From: Octopus vulgaris
Lineage: Eukaryota
DNA: 64,000 nucleotides
Direction of reading: 5' to 3'
Assembly (NCBI GenBank): GCA_951406725.2
Contig: OX597815.1
Span: 156,550,001 to 156,614,000 of the forward strand
Every line of letters begins with the position of its first letter. Position 1 is the stretch's first letter. The position numbers were made by a program, and so were the translations under genes. The notes below the pieces were generated by a model that was given only the letters and a program-made list of their open reading frames with translations, was not told the DNA's origin and did no database searches. Shown here piece by piece: positions 14,602 to 28,765 of the stretch.

Positions 14602-16383
14602 TAGTTTTATTTTTATAGCGTGATTTCACTTCACTACCGAGCGCAGCTCTGTGTGCTTTAAGTATGTGCTGTGATTTGTTGTGATGCTCTGATGGTTATT
14701 GTATGGAAAGTGTTCTGCGTAGGATGTGTGCAGTGCCTAGTAGTGCAATTTTCTGTATGTTATATGTGTTTGTAAGTCCTGGTGTATTTGTTATGTATTT
14801 GTCTGAATATTTTTTTATCATGCCTAATGCACCTACTATGATAGGAATTGTTTCTGTTTTTAGATTCCACATTCTGGTTACCTCTATTTCCAGGTCTTTG
14901 TATTTTGAGAGTTTCTCCATTTCTTTTAGAGACACGTTGTCATCTGCCGGTATTGATACATCAATTAGAAAGCAATTTTTTCTTCATGATCTCTGACAAC
15001 TATATCTGGTCTGTTGGCCTTAATTTCTCTATCTGTGTGTATCGGCATATCCCAGAGTATGGTTGCTTTCTTGTTTTCTGTGACCTTTTCTAGTGTGTGC
15101 CTATACCATCTTTTTTCTGTTGTTATTCCATAATGTTGGCATAGCTTCCAATGTATGTAGGTTCCAACTCTGTCATGTCTGTGAATATATTCCTTCTTAG
15201 CCAGAACTGGGCGGCTAGAGATAATATGATTTATTGTTTCTTGTCCATCTCCACATAGTCTGCAGTTACTTGTTATACTTCTTTTCATTACATGTTTTTG
15301 GGAATTTCTGGTCAGGAGGCTTTGGTCATGTGCTGCAATTAAAAATCTCTCTGTCTCTGCTTTGAGTCCTGAGCTTCTCAACCATTGCTGGGATTTTTCT
15401 TTGTCTATTTCTTTTGCATATAGTTTAGTCCAGTATTTGCCATGAAGGGGCTTTTCTTGCCATCGTTTTATCATGGTTCGTTGCTGTTCTATTTTTAGTT
15501 TGGATTTCATTTGTTTTATAGCTTTTGTTGCTTCTTCTCCTTCTTCTTCTTCTTCTTCTTCTTCTTCTTCTTCTTCTTCTTCTTCTTCTTCTTCTTCTTT
15601 TTCTTCTTCTTCTTCTTCTTCTTCTTCTTCTTCTTCTTCTTCTTCTTCTTCTTCTTCTTCTTCTGCTTCTTCTTCTTCTTCTTCTTCTTCTTCTGCTTCA
15701 TATTTATTAGGTGGTATGATTTCTTGTTTGTATTTGTCAGCTTCCATAAATACTGAGAACAGTTTTTTTGTTTTGCTCGTGTTTTGCCTCTATTTGTATC
15801 AGTTTTCCTTCCTTCTGAAGTAGATATTTTTGCAGTCCTATGGTGGTTATTTTATAGTAGTTTTCCAGCTGTATAAGGCCTCTACCACCTTCTATACGTT
15901 GTATATATAGTCTTTCTATGTCAGATTTTGGGTTATGCATCCTAGATCCTGTCATTATTTTTCTTGTTTTCCTATCTATTTAGTGTCCAGTTAAGGATAT
16001 TGTAGCTGTAACTTATAACTGGGACAGCTAAAGTGTTAATACCTATTATCTTGTTTTTAGCATTGAGCTCTGTTTTTAGTATTGATCTAACTCGTCTATA
16101 ATATTCTTTTTTTATTTTCTTTTTCATTTGTGTGTGTTGTGTCTTATCTAGTTCATGGATTCCTAAGTATTTGTAAGTTTGGCTTTGGTCTAATTCTTTT
16201 ATTTCATTGGTTTTATCTAGTGTGATGTTGCTACTCTTAACTAGTTTTCCTCTTTTCATGGTTACTTTGGCGCATTTTTCTAATCCAAATTTCATATCTA
16301 TTTCTTTGGTAAATCCATGAACTGTCCTTAATAGAGTTTCCAGCTGTTTGTCATTTGCAGCGTATAGTTTTAGGTCATCCACA
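14599..16383 (-). mobile_element. 5'-truncated Dong/R4 LINE, family B, with in-frame (GAA)n expansion
   Basis: ORFs 15972-16382 (YVDDLKLY), 15737-15955, 14965-15747 (CRLCG..H..RHD, NRPDIVV) and 14696-14935 are joined by frameshifts; (TAA)n on both sides. Confidence 0.92.
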
Positions 16384-16447
<64 letters not shown>

Positions 16448-16457
16448 GTCATCATTA

Positions 16458-16537
<80 letters not shown>

Positions 16538-16546
16538 GTTATTATT

Positions 16547-17123
16547 CAGTAGTTTTATTTTTTATAGCGTGCTTTCACTTCACTACCGACCGCAGCTCTG
16601 TGTGCCTTGGGTATATGCTGTGATTTGTTGTGATCTTCTGATGGTTATTGTATGGAAGGTGTTCTGCGTAGGATGTGTGCAGTGCCTAGTAGTGCAATTT
16701 TCTGTATGTTATATGTGTTTGTAAGTCCTGGTGTATTTGTTATGTATTTGTCTGAATATTTTTTTATCATGCCTAATGCACCTACTATGATAGGAATTGT
16801 TTCTGTTTCTAGATTCCACATTCTGGTTACCTCCATTTCCAGGTCTTTGTATTTTGAAAGTTTCTCCATTTCTTTTAGAGACACGTTGTCATCTGCCGGT
16901 ATTGATACATCAATTAGAAAGCATTTTTTTTCTTCATGATCTCTGACAACTATATCTGGTCTGTTGGCCTTAATTTCTCTATCTGTGTGTATCGGCATAT
17001 CCCAAAGTATGGTTGCTTTCTCGTTTTCTGTGACCTTTTCTGGTGTGTGCTTATACCATCATTTTTCTGTGGTTATTCCATAATGTTGGCATAGCTTCCA
17101 GTGTATGTAGGTTACAACACTTT
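16547..17123 (-). mobile_element. Short 5'-truncated Dong/R4 family B copy
   Basis: Near-identical to 14599-15165; RLE domain NRPDIVVRDHEEKKCFLIDVSIP; (TAA)n flanks. Confidence 0.92.
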
Positions 17124-17124
17124 G

Positions 17125-17292
<168 letters not shown>

Positions 17293-18000
17293 TTCTTTGT
17301 CATGTGCTGGTATTGATTCATCAATTAGAATACATTTTATCTTAGTGATCTCTGACAACTATATCCCGTCTATTGGCCTTAATTTCTCTATCTGTGTGTA
17401 TTGGTATATCCCAGAGTATGGTTGCTTTCTCATTTTCTGTGACTTTTTTCTGGGGTGTGCCTATACCATCTATTTCTCTTTATATTTCATAGTGTTGACA
17501 TAGTTTCCAGTGTATATAGGTGCCAACTCAGTTGTGTCTGTGAATGAACTCCTTCTTAGCCAGGACTGGGCAGCCAGATACCATATGATTTATTGTTTCT
17601 TCTCCATCTCCATATATTCTGCAGTTACTTGTTCTTCTTTTCATTATATGTTTTTGTCAATTTCTGATGGGAAGGCTTTGATCTCGTGCGTGCTGCAATT
17701 AAAAATCCTTTTGTCTCTACTTTGAGTCTTGAGCTTCTCAGCCATTGTTGGGATTTTTCGTTGTCTATTTGTTTTCTGTTTACTTTACCCCAGTATTTGC
17801 CATGAAGGGTCTTTTCTTGCCATCGTTTTATCATGATCTGTCGCTATTCTAGTTTTAGTCTGGATTTCAGATGCTTTTCGTTGTTCCGTCTGTGTCTTCA
17901 TAGTTGTTAGGTACTATGACTTCTTTCTTTGTCAGCTTCCTTAAAAAGTCAAGAAAACAGATTTTTTTTTGTTTTGTTCGTGTTTTGTGGCTTTTTGTAT
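17293..18000 (-). mobile_element. Older Dong/R4 family B-related fragment lacking its 3' end
   Basis: MIKRWQEKTLHGKYW...SQQWLRSS is homologous to the 14965-15747 ORF; abuts (ATT)n at ~17292. Confidence 0.85.
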
Positions 18001-18799
18001 TAACGGCTGTTTTATTGAAAGGGACCGTCTATTCTAATGTATCATAGGAACTCTCCTAAAATCACATAGTTTATACATTATTTTTTTTTGGCTCAGTATT
18101 TACAAAGAAAATAATAGATAATTAATGGCATCACGTCGGTAGGTCATTGACTAATTCATATAATCCCAAACAACTGTTTCTGTCTTGCTAGTCTTTACTA
18201 AAAGAGTTCACAAAGAATTCAGTAAAACTGGTCATCAATCTTATGGCAAGTTAAAATGTTCTAAGTAGTTAATGTTGTCGTGTATTTCCTTGGCATTATT
18301 GTTTCCGGTGTCATCATATTCCTACTTTTTTCCTCAGCTACTCTCTATAGCCTGATGAGACTCGACAAATTACTACTTCACCATGTACAGCAGTATACCT
18401 CACATTCATGGTATAGCATCTCTCCTTCACATACACACATACCCACACACATACATAAAGTATATTCGTCATTCAAAGATAGTGTCGAGTAAAACTTTCA
18501 TCGCCATCACACAAACGACAAGCTACAATGACTAGGAACAATTCTAGTCCTTTGTAATTTCGTCGTCTTCTCTAACGTTTCTTGCCAGTGTGAACCAGCA
18601 AATCATTTACCAATACCACACTACTTTCACTGAAGATAGCTCCCACGTTTCACTGGCTTCTTCTCCCATTCGAACTGCACACCATCTCACAAACACTCAC
18701 AAAGCACAATTACACCAAGCACTTATTTTTACCAAAACTCTCAGGAACGAAACGCTGAAATCAATTTGTGTGGGTATCTATCGAAAATTTATGATATAG

Positions 18800-18861
18800 A
18801 TGTGTGTGTGTGTGTGTGTGTATGTGTGTGTTCTGTATGTGTGTTCTGTGTGTGTGTTCTG

Positions 18862-18926
<65 letters not shown>

Positions 18927-18956
18927 TCTGTGTGTGCGTGTGTGTGTGTGTGTGCG
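18800..18956. repeat. (TG)n microsatellite
   Basis: Direct reading. Confidence 0.95.
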
Positions 18957-19954
18957 CTTTGATTCTTAGTACTAAAGTTATTTTGTCTTCTGCAGAATGT
19001 TGTTTTGTCTGAACTACGATAAAAGCTGCTCTACCTAAACAGGATAATGTTTATTTTTGACAAGTTCCATCTAGCTTATAAGTTTCACGATTACCTCCTC
19101 TAATTCAGTTCGTGTCATTACAAATACTGAAATATCATGTCTTACCACGAACACAAAATACTTCACTTAATATTTTTAGCGGAGCCACAGAATCTTTAGA
19201 TAGTTCGCGATATTTAGGGACATTTACGCTGAGTCCTCACAAAGCTGTAATTGACTTTATATTTCCTCTCTCGGAATTGATAAAATGAAGCACTAGCCAA
19301 GTATTACAGCTAATAGAGTCAACTATATTTTCATTGAAAATGCGTGGTCTCGTTCCCATTTTGGAGGTCATTCATATTAAATACCCCTTGCGAGTGGGAT
19401 GGATTGGTAGCATTGTTACAGCGTCGGTTAAAACACGCTGTGATATTTCTTCGGGCTCTTTTTGTTGTGAGTTCAAATCCCTCAGAGATCAGCTTTGTCA
19501 TTCATCCTTTTGAGGATAATAGAATAAAGTACTAATTGAGAATTAGGATCGGTGGTATACACTACTCTTCTCCACCCCTCATCACTGCTGGCCTTGTGCC
19601 TAAATGAGAAACCTTTATAAATTAATGCCTCTAATGCTAGACAGAGCGAGAAACATTGGGCCGCTGAACCAAATACGCTGAAAATTTTAGTTTCAACTAA
19701 AAACGTCTTCAATGCAACTCTAGTTAAAGGTTCGTTTCACTTATCATTCGATCTCTTTTGATGAATCTCCTCATTAAACTCTGAAGCCTAGGAAAACAAT
19801 GCAACCTCCTCAGCATACCCGTTACACCTTTCTTGCTAATCAATTAACTGAATATTTTCTACCTTCCTCCTTCCTTATCAATCACTTGATGTTAATCAAC
19901 CTCAAGTGCAAGTCAAAGGTTTTGAAATATTTGAATATTTGTATAAGTAAAGGA

Positions 19955-20162
19955 AAAGTAAAGTTACCTTCTCGAGCCATGCCGACTCATAAGGGCCGTT
20001 TTCCCGGTTTCATGGCGTATAAATTCCCCACCTGACAGTATGCCTGTCCGTAGGAGGATTACTCATTTTTGTCTGCTTAGTGGACTGCAGCAACGTGAAA
20101 TCAAGTGTTTTGCTCAAGAAGACAACGTGTTGCCCAGTCCAGGAATCGAAACCACACGACTC
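19955..20162 (-). mobile_element. tRNA-derived SINE (family with gtgttttgctcaagaacacaacg segment), reverse orientation
   Basis: Homologous to 41590-41765, 41775-42032, 60710-61050 and 26635-26760. Confidence 0.7.
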
Positions 20163-20169
20163 CATATTT

Positions 20170-21355
20170 GCACAAATACCAGTTTACGGCGTGCATATCA
20201 CGTGACTAAAGCAGTACAAGCCGTGAAAGATACTGCTGATGTTGGTAGTACTTTAGTAGTTGGCGTTCTGACACATCGAGCATTGCTTCGCTCCGTGTGT
20301 CGTTTGAAAACCGCACAGATGGACGTGCAACGTAGTCTAATTCGGGTAACTTTTACTGTTTTAAGAGTTCGAACTACCAAAAACTCTTGTTGTAAGAAAG
20401 GTGAAGGCGCAGTTCATTACAGTACAGTGACCAGATGGTACAAGAAATTTTGATCGGGATGCAAGAACCTCGACGATCAGGTATAGTCAAGTAGGCCTAA
20501 AACAGTCGTTTCTGAGGCTTTTCTTCAAGTCAAAGGGACAAATTGGGTGAATAGTGTCAGGCACAGTCCAGTGCGGTTCGTCACCTTCACGACCTCAGCG
20601 AAAGCATCCGGAGCAGCTGAAGTGTACCTCGCGAATTAACGCCATCTCAAGCACAGAACAGAGTGGTTGTTTGCAAGAAAACCCTGGAAAATTAGGATGA
20701 TCTGCGTTTCTTTAAGAGAGAAATGAATGCGATGAAAAGTGGATATTCTTCCGCAGTCCTCTCGTGCATATAAGTGGTTAAGCAAGGATCACCTTTCGGA
20801 AACCGTCACCAAACATGGGCGTTTCGAACACAAGGTACGGTTCTGCATCTGGTGGAATTATGAGGGAATAATCCACTACGCTTTCATTAAGGATGATCGA
20901 ATCATCGATGCCTACCTGTTCACTGAGCTGCTGGATCGGATGTATGCCATTATACGGCAAAAATACCCGGCGTTGTTTAACAGAAAGCAAGACCTCAATG
21001 TTGCTCGAACGAACGGGAAAAAACTCCAGGAACCTGAGGGAATTGAACTGATGCAACACTCAGCATATATTTCGGACCTAGCTCCCTCAAATTATTACTT
21101 TTTTTCGATTCATGGCTCACTTCCTGGGCTCGCGATGCTTCATCAACCAAGAAGAGGTTGAAGCTTCAGTGAAGTTCTTTGCTTCGAAGTATAAGAACTG
21201 GGTTCAACTTAGGCTCAATGAATTGTCAGAAAGTTGGCTTCAGAAGCTGCAACACGGGAGGCCTCTACTTTGATTGCTAGATTGCTTTTGTTGTAAGTCG
21301 TCGAATAAAGCAAATAAGTTACTAAAATATTGCAAGATTTTTCAATTGCCTTTGT
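20170..21355 (+). mobile_element. Degenerate mariner transposon(s)
   Basis: HTH region YSTVTRWYKKF..G...L.D...SRPK; HKVRFCIWWNYEGIIHY; HSAYISDLAPSNYYFF (mariner HPPYSPDLAPSDY motif). Many stops and frameshifts. Confidence 0.88.
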
Positions 21356-21780
21356 AATTTGGTCTTCCTGTACAACTTGATGGCTATAAATAACCGTAAA
21401 ATAACCGTGTCCTCTTAGCTAACAATGCCCCATAACTTCGAAGTAATATGACGAGTCAATATTAATAAACACTAGGAGCTACAGGGACAAAGACTGAGAT
21501 TAGCAACGGCTATTTTTGGCAGAAAAGTTAGTTGAAAGATCACGCTCACTCCGTAATGCAAGTTTTATATTCTTCAAAAATTTATCACTTGTTTATCGTT
21601 TTTATAAATTTTAGACAGCGCTAGAGGCATTGCTATCTATTAATTGCATGATTAATTTTAGCTACTTGAAGATTCTGAACTTAATATACTCTACACTGTT
21701 GTAGAGCATCCTAAATTTAAGTTGTCAAGAGTACGTGCTACTATTATATTATTTGTTATTTTCACATCCTAACCATTCCG

Positions 21781-21849
<69 letters not shown>

Positions 21850-21866
21850 CCTACCTACCTATCTAC

Positions 21867-21947
<81 letters not shown>

Positions 21948-22078
21948 CTATGCTCATTTCTTTCTCCTCTTTCTCTTTCACATTCTTTCTCTCTCGCTCT
22001 CTTTCTCTCTTTCTCTCTCTCTTTTTCTCTCTCTCTCACACACTTTCTCTCTCTCTCTCTCTCTCTCTCCCTCTTTCT
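21781..22078. repeat. (ATCT)n followed by (CT)n microsatellites
   Basis: Direct reading. Confidence 0.95.
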
Positions 22079-22904
22079 CGATACCAACATGATCAAATCA
22101 AATGCATAAAAAAAAAGAATCGACTTGCTAGAAACAGCAACCGAATTTCTCGCAAATAGCCATTTATCGTCTCAAAAAGGTAAATGATACGATATATAAC
22201 TTTGACCTACATAAAAAGACAGCATATTCACGGTTGGAATGTTGTCTAGCATAGATTTAAGGAATTTGGATTAAACTGACAGCTAAAAACAAATTTAAGC
22301 CTTATGATGTCACTAGATATATTTCTCTGTCTCACATGTCGAACAAATGGAGAAAATATTCACAAATATAACGAAGCTCAGTATCGAAAATAATTCTCAC
22401 ATTTAATACACTTAATAATGAATTAAGCATTAGAAATCTAAAGCTGCAGGCAACGCTGCGTAACGGGTCTAATATTTTATCTGTAAATCTTGAATTGATC
22501 CGTTCACCTACAGAAAATTTTTAATTTATGGCAAAATTTATCACGCATGGCTTTTGTACAGGTCCTCTAAGTGCTCGGGCTGCTAGAAATAGATGGTTTA
22601 CACTGGACAATGTAATTTTAGTTATACAGCACAAAGTCAACATGACTGGAATATCGTTGAACATAGATCTGCTTGAATTAATTTGTCTGCTAACTAAACT
22701 AATACAATTTTTCAGTTTCAGACATGGATAAGGTGTTTACGTTTTATGAATATGAAAGAAATGAAAATTCAACCAAAATATACTGTCATAGTTTGGTGCA
22801 GACGTCCCTTTTCTCATCTCTACACGACACAGAGATTTACTAAGTTATTTTTTTTATCAATAAAGACCAACACTAGTCTTTTTGGACTTTTTACCAATAT
22901 AGTT

Positions 22905-23507
22905 TAGTTAGGTAGGTTGGTGGGTAGTTAGGTAGGTAGGTAGGTAGGTAGGTAGGTAGGTAGGTAGGTTGGTGGGTAGGTAGGTAGGTAGGTAGGTAGG
23001 TAGGTAGGTTCGTAGATAGGTATGTATGTATGTATGTAGGTAGGTAGGTAGGTAGGTAGGTAGGTAGGTGGGTAGGTAGGTAGATATGTAGGTTGGTAGG
23101 TAGGTAGGTAGGTTGGTAGGTAGATAAGTAGATAGGTAGGTAGGTAGGTAGGTAGGTGGGTAGGTAGGTAGATAGGTAGGTTGGTAGGTAGGTTGGTAGG
23201 TGGGTAGGTAGGTAGGTAGGTAGGTAGGTTGGTTGGTGGGTAGGTAGGTAGGTAGGTAGGTAGGTATGTATGTAGGTAGGTAGGTAGGTAGGTAGGTAGG
23301 TAGGTAGGTAGGTGGGTAGGTAGGTAGGTAGGTAGGTAGGTAGGTAGGTAGGTAGGTAGGTAGGTAGGTAGGTAGGTAGGTAGGTAGGTAGGTTGGTTGG
23401 TGGGTAGGTAGGTAGGTTGGTAGGTAGGTAGGTAGGTAGGTAGGTAGGTAGGTAGGTAGGTCGGTCGGTCGGTAGGTTCGTAGGTATGTATGTAGGTAGG
23501 TAGGTAG
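22905..23507. repeat. ~600-bp (TAGG)n tetranucleotide tract with variants
   Basis: Direct reading; explains the PTYL-repeat ORF 22928-23551. Confidence 0.97.
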
Positions 23508-24599
23508 GATGTCCTGTTCATAGTAGGTGCGTGCACCTGCTCAAAGAACATCGAGACTGCCAGAACTTTCCCCTCATCTCAGCTCTTGCCATCACTCGCA
23601 AGATCTTTCATTATTGCCAGGCATTTTTTTCCTCGGGCACCCATTCTTTCTGGTACGATACGGAGACCAGTGGAGACACTAGCGTGGAAGACAAGAGGAA
23701 TCTATCCTGATCACATACCCAAACTACTTGATCCTTCTCCTGGCCAACAACTGACGTGTATGAGAGCTTTGATCTTCGTAGTACATCCAGACACAGTCTC
23801 TGTACAAAATAAAATATAGCTTACATCTTTGCTCAGGGTCACAAATTTGTTGTGATGATTGGTTTAGTCAATGAAATGACCTCAGCCCTTTATTGATACT
23901 AACAGTTCTTGACTGGGACTTCTTTTATTGATTATGGAAGGATGACACGCAAAATCGATCTGACAGACATTTGAACTCAAAATATAAATCCAATATGATC
24001 GAAAATGTTGTCAAAAACCTGAAACTGCTATTATTGCACTGAGCCAGAAAAAACAATTATCAAAGATATTACATCAAGGAACATCCATTAATTTAGGAGT
24101 ATCTTATTTTACATTATCCAATGTCGCTTTTCTTAATGAAAACACGCGCCTACTGTAGGTTTTAGAGTCGGTTAGCTGCTGTTTCTAGTATTTAAAGCAA
24201 CCACGTCGAGACTTCCCGTTTGGTTCATAAATAACAGACGTGATTAAAGAAGTCATAAAGTATATTGTTCACATTCACATACAAAAGAATTAGATTTAAT
24301 AAATACCGAGCACAATTGCTGACGACGAACGTTCCCGGAAACGCCCGACTGTTTGTTTTTCTCTGCCTGAAAGGGTCAACACACTTCTAGCTACATGTCT
24401 CTTTACAGAATATCTATTTCGATGAAGTATCAAATACCATACCTTCGTCATTCACGTTTATTAATTGCCTCCAAACTGATTTCTGTATTTGAATATGTTT
24501 TATATAGTTATCTGTGCATGTGTGTGTATATTTGCGTATATACGTATAACTGCGTGTGCGTCTGCAATCCGAACTTTTCTAGTATTACACATCATTAAT

Positions 24600-24900
<301 letters not shown>

Positions 24901-25949
24901 GGTTTTATAAATTTGTATATTTTGTTAATAGTTATTTCTTTTTTCATTTTCGTCATATTATTTTGTTTCGTTTTTGTTTGTTCTCTTACCCAAGATGATA
25001 ATAATCTCTATCAAGAGGATGGCCTCAACAAATTGTCACCATAGCGACAAACAGTCAACGTGACAACGCCTAAGACAAGGACGGAAACTGGCGCGATAAT
25101 ATGCAACGTTTAAAGAAGTTAAGAACTATTGAATGCGTTAGATATGACTCCATTTTTTTCTTTTTTTTTTTTCATTATTTAACCATGATGAAACTGCTTT
25201 AAGGAAACTTTTAATTTTTCTATTACATTTCTATATTTTTTATTTTACTCATTAATTTATTTCTTATTTTTTTACTACATGGGCCTTTGAAGATGGGGAA
25301 CAATGGTGAGAAGACGTGGGGGTACGGTGGAAGCAAAGTAAGATCTCTCCTGTTTCTGATTTCTAATGATAGTTCTCTTAGGAAAATTGTTCACCGACCA
25401 GATTTATAGTCGGAGCTTTAATGAAGAATGTCGGACGAGGATGGGAAAAAAAATATACAAAAAATATTGATAAATAAGAAAATTAAAAAATATATAGAAA
25501 AAAAAATGAGGAAAATAAAGATACTGCAGCTACCAGTTCGTTGGTTGGTCGGTCTCCGTTATTTCTATTGTGTTGCCATAGGAACAAAAAGTAATAATGG
25601 TGGTGGTGGTGGTGTTGGTGGCGGTGGTGGTAGGGGAGATGAAAGAAGCATGTTGGTAAAGGAGAGCGGTTAGCTTTTAAATACATACATAACTAACATG
25701 TGTGATTAGATGCATGCATGTGAAATATATATACACGCACACATATAGATAGCCACACTTAGATCGCACACATAGATAGGCACACTTAGACCGCACACGT
25801 TCGTATGGGCATATTTGCTCGAACAGTGGAGGGATGGCTGGCTGACTGGCTGGCTGGTTGGTTGGTGGTCGGCCTGGCTAGCTGGCGGACAGTTCGGTTG
25901 GTTGGTTGCCGGGTTGATTAAAGGGCGAGAGCGAGTGAGAGAGACAGAC

Positions 25950-25984
<35 letters not shown>

Positions 25985-26445
25985 AGTGGGAGGGATTACG
26001 TGCACGCACAAATATACAGATACACACACATACACGCACACAACAAGAGCAATACGTTCACGTACACACACTCACGCACAGAGTGAATTGTGATTGGTAA
26101 TATGATGAAAAGAGAGCAAAACGGTGATAGTAATTAGAGTAGTGATATTTATGACGACGATGATGACGACTATTATGACGACTATTATGACGACGACGAT
26201 GACGACGGAATGGAACGGGCAGACGACAACGGTGAAGATGACGATTATGTTAAAAGTAGAAATAAGAAACAGAAGGAAACAGCACTATTGGGCTTATGAA
26301 GTAGTAACAATAATGTTTTTTCCCTGTTCTTTGCGATTCACTCTTCAGTTTCTTCATTTTCTCTTTTGCATTTCACTGATTTTTTTGTTTTAACCACAAG
26401 ATGAGGCTAATGTGTCGAAAAATACTCACACATACATACGTACAC

Positions 26446-26617
<172 letters not shown>

Positions 26618-27103
26618 CACTCATCTTCCTCGTAATTGCATGTGGCCTAGTGGCTAGAATGTGGTACTCAGGATCACAAGATCGTGGTTTCAATTCCTGA
26701 ACCAAGTGGTCATTTTTTTTTTTCTTGAGCAAAACACTTCATGTTAGGTTGCTCTGTGGTGATCATTCCGACATTTGACGTCTGGCATGCTGCGCAATGT
26801 TTATTTGAAGAAGGTGTTAGTGTACAACACAAATATTTTATTACGAAAATGAATCATGTCTGGTTGTTCAGAAAAATTGTGGAAATTGTGCGGAACCGTC
26901 ATCCGCGTTTACGACAGTAGATTTCATCATATCCCTCTTCATGTCTGAAGGTTTCTGATCGTACTCCTGATTTATTAGTACTGCTACTTTAACTCTACTT
27001 AAAACAGACGGAAAATGTATCCCCAGTTCGAATGCTAGTCCTTCATTAGAAATTAAAAAGAAAGGAGGAAAATAAAAAAGGAGAAAAGGTGTATGTTTAG
27101 GGA

Positions 27104-27147
<44 letters not shown>

Positions 27148-27150
<3 letters not shown>

Positions 27151-27577
27151 TTTAACTAAAATTTTAGTTTACAGAAATTCATCGAGAAGATAAGTTATGG
27201 TTTTATTTTAAGAAATATTGTTAAATGGTTTTCGATTATTGTTAAAACACGTATTTTTCTATATTTATTTGATAATTATTATAAGTTCAGATACGTACAT
27301 TTATATTACTATTATTTTATTATTATTTTAGACCTGATGAGTGACTATATTTTTAAATAGAATTAATTTTAGATCGATTTAATTTTAAATCAAATTGATT
27401 TTCTTATTTATATCTAATTGAAAATATAGCCACGAAACTCGCGTAGTCAATTTACTACTATTTATTATTTATGTACTTTTTTGATTTTTACAATAAGGTT
27501 TTTATAGTATATTTATTTTTTTTATATGGTGTGTGAATAACGTCTTTCACTATTGGATTGCTTAATAAAGGATAAAT

Positions 27578-27580
<3 letters not shown>
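27148..27580 (+). mobile_element. ~430-bp AT-rich element inserted in (TA)n, carrying a hammerhead motif (Penelope solo pLTR / retrozyme-like)
   Basis: (TA)n at 27106-27147 and ~27580-27622; central hammerhead; AATAAA at ~27565 just before the 3' (TA)n. Confidence 0.6.
27331..27448 (+). ncRNA. Type I hammerhead ribozyme-like motif with long stem II
   Basis: gac-CTGATGA(27334-40)-gtgactatatttt...aaaatatagccac-GAAA(27434-37)-c-tcgc-GTA-gtc. Stem II arms pair 12/13, stem I gac/gtc, GUA triplet. Confidence 0.65.
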
Positions 27581-27625
<45 letters not shown>

Positions 27626-27629
27626 ATTC

Positions 27630-28510
27630 TGCCTAAAATTGACAGTAAGAGTACTCATGTCTGTGGGAAAACTTAACTATATACAATGAGCGGGTAAATC
27701 CCTTGATCATGTATTTCGTGAAGAGAGAAACGTGGATTAGCCATGTATCTATATTTACAAGATAAGTGTAGTAAGTCGTGAATGAAAGATTCTCTCGAGG
27801 TTCCCATTCAGAGATCAGCGCAGATCTAGTCTCTGGTGCCTCGGTTGCCTGTAGATGATGAAAGGGTAGGAAAGAGTGGGAATCGTGAAACACGACGGTA
27901 AAGAAGTCATTGATGTACAATTGGAAGAGAGTGAAGGGTAAAAGCGATGCCTGCAGCACACCAGAGTTGATTTGAAACACAGCATGATACGAAAGTCATT
28001 TTCTCTGTGTATGTATGAGCGTGTGTGAGAGAGAGAGAAGAGGGGAGACAGAGAAAGATGGAGAACGTATGTGTGTGTGTGTTTGTGTGTGTGTGTGTAT
28101 GTGAAAGAGAGGGTAGAGTGAGGTAGTGAATGGAAATATAGGGAATGAGACAGAAATTGATCAATTTAGATTGCACATAGAATGGAGTAAATAAATAAAT
28201 GAACAAATAAGTAAATAAAATAATGAACAACAGGTCTGTGGAAATATATTGCCAAAGAAACACGGAAGATGCAATGAGAAGAGAAAGGGATTATATATTT
28301 TGAAAGAGTGGAAGAAGTGAGAAAGAGGGAGAGACGAATACAATAAAAAATATATAGCAGTGGCGAATTGGGCGGAGTGGGAAAACAAGGAAACGGTCCG
28401 GAAATTGTTGACTCGTTTGATTGTTTATAGATTCTGACGAGGAACCTCTTCAAATATTGTTGCAGCCATTGATTGATTAGTACAGAAATAAATAGTGCTA
28501 CTGACACCCA
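27630..28510 (-). mobile_element. Decayed CR1/Jockey-type LINE reverse transcriptase fragment, interrupted by simple repeats
   Basis: INSGVLQASLLPFTLFQLYINDF matches the RT motif SGVPQGS.L.P.LF.LYINDL. Confidence 0.65.
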
Positions 28511-28765
28511 TCCGACGACTGAGATTTTTTTTTTATAGAGGCAGGTATGTTTTTATTACAGTTGGTTATCAACATCAAAGTTATTTTCCTTTTATATTTT
28601 CAGTATTGGAACATGTTGGAGGTATACTGTATAGTCCAAGGTTGGGTGTTAACGAACAGATCCATGATTAAAAGTATTCGACCATGATTAAAAGTATTCG
28701 ACCAAGACCATTGTGATGTTTTAGTTTTCATACACTCATTGACTACATTTTTAAGATCGACTATA

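Noticed and set aside
18352-18372. CTGATGAG motif as a possible hammerhead
   Set aside because: No properly placed GAAA box or flanking stems.
22928-23551. 207-aa PTYL-repeat ORF
   Set aside because: Reverse translation of (TAGG)n.
28662-28704. 20-bp tandem duplication (similar small ones at ~36125, ~52352, ~29908)
   Set aside because: Ordinary slippage duplications.
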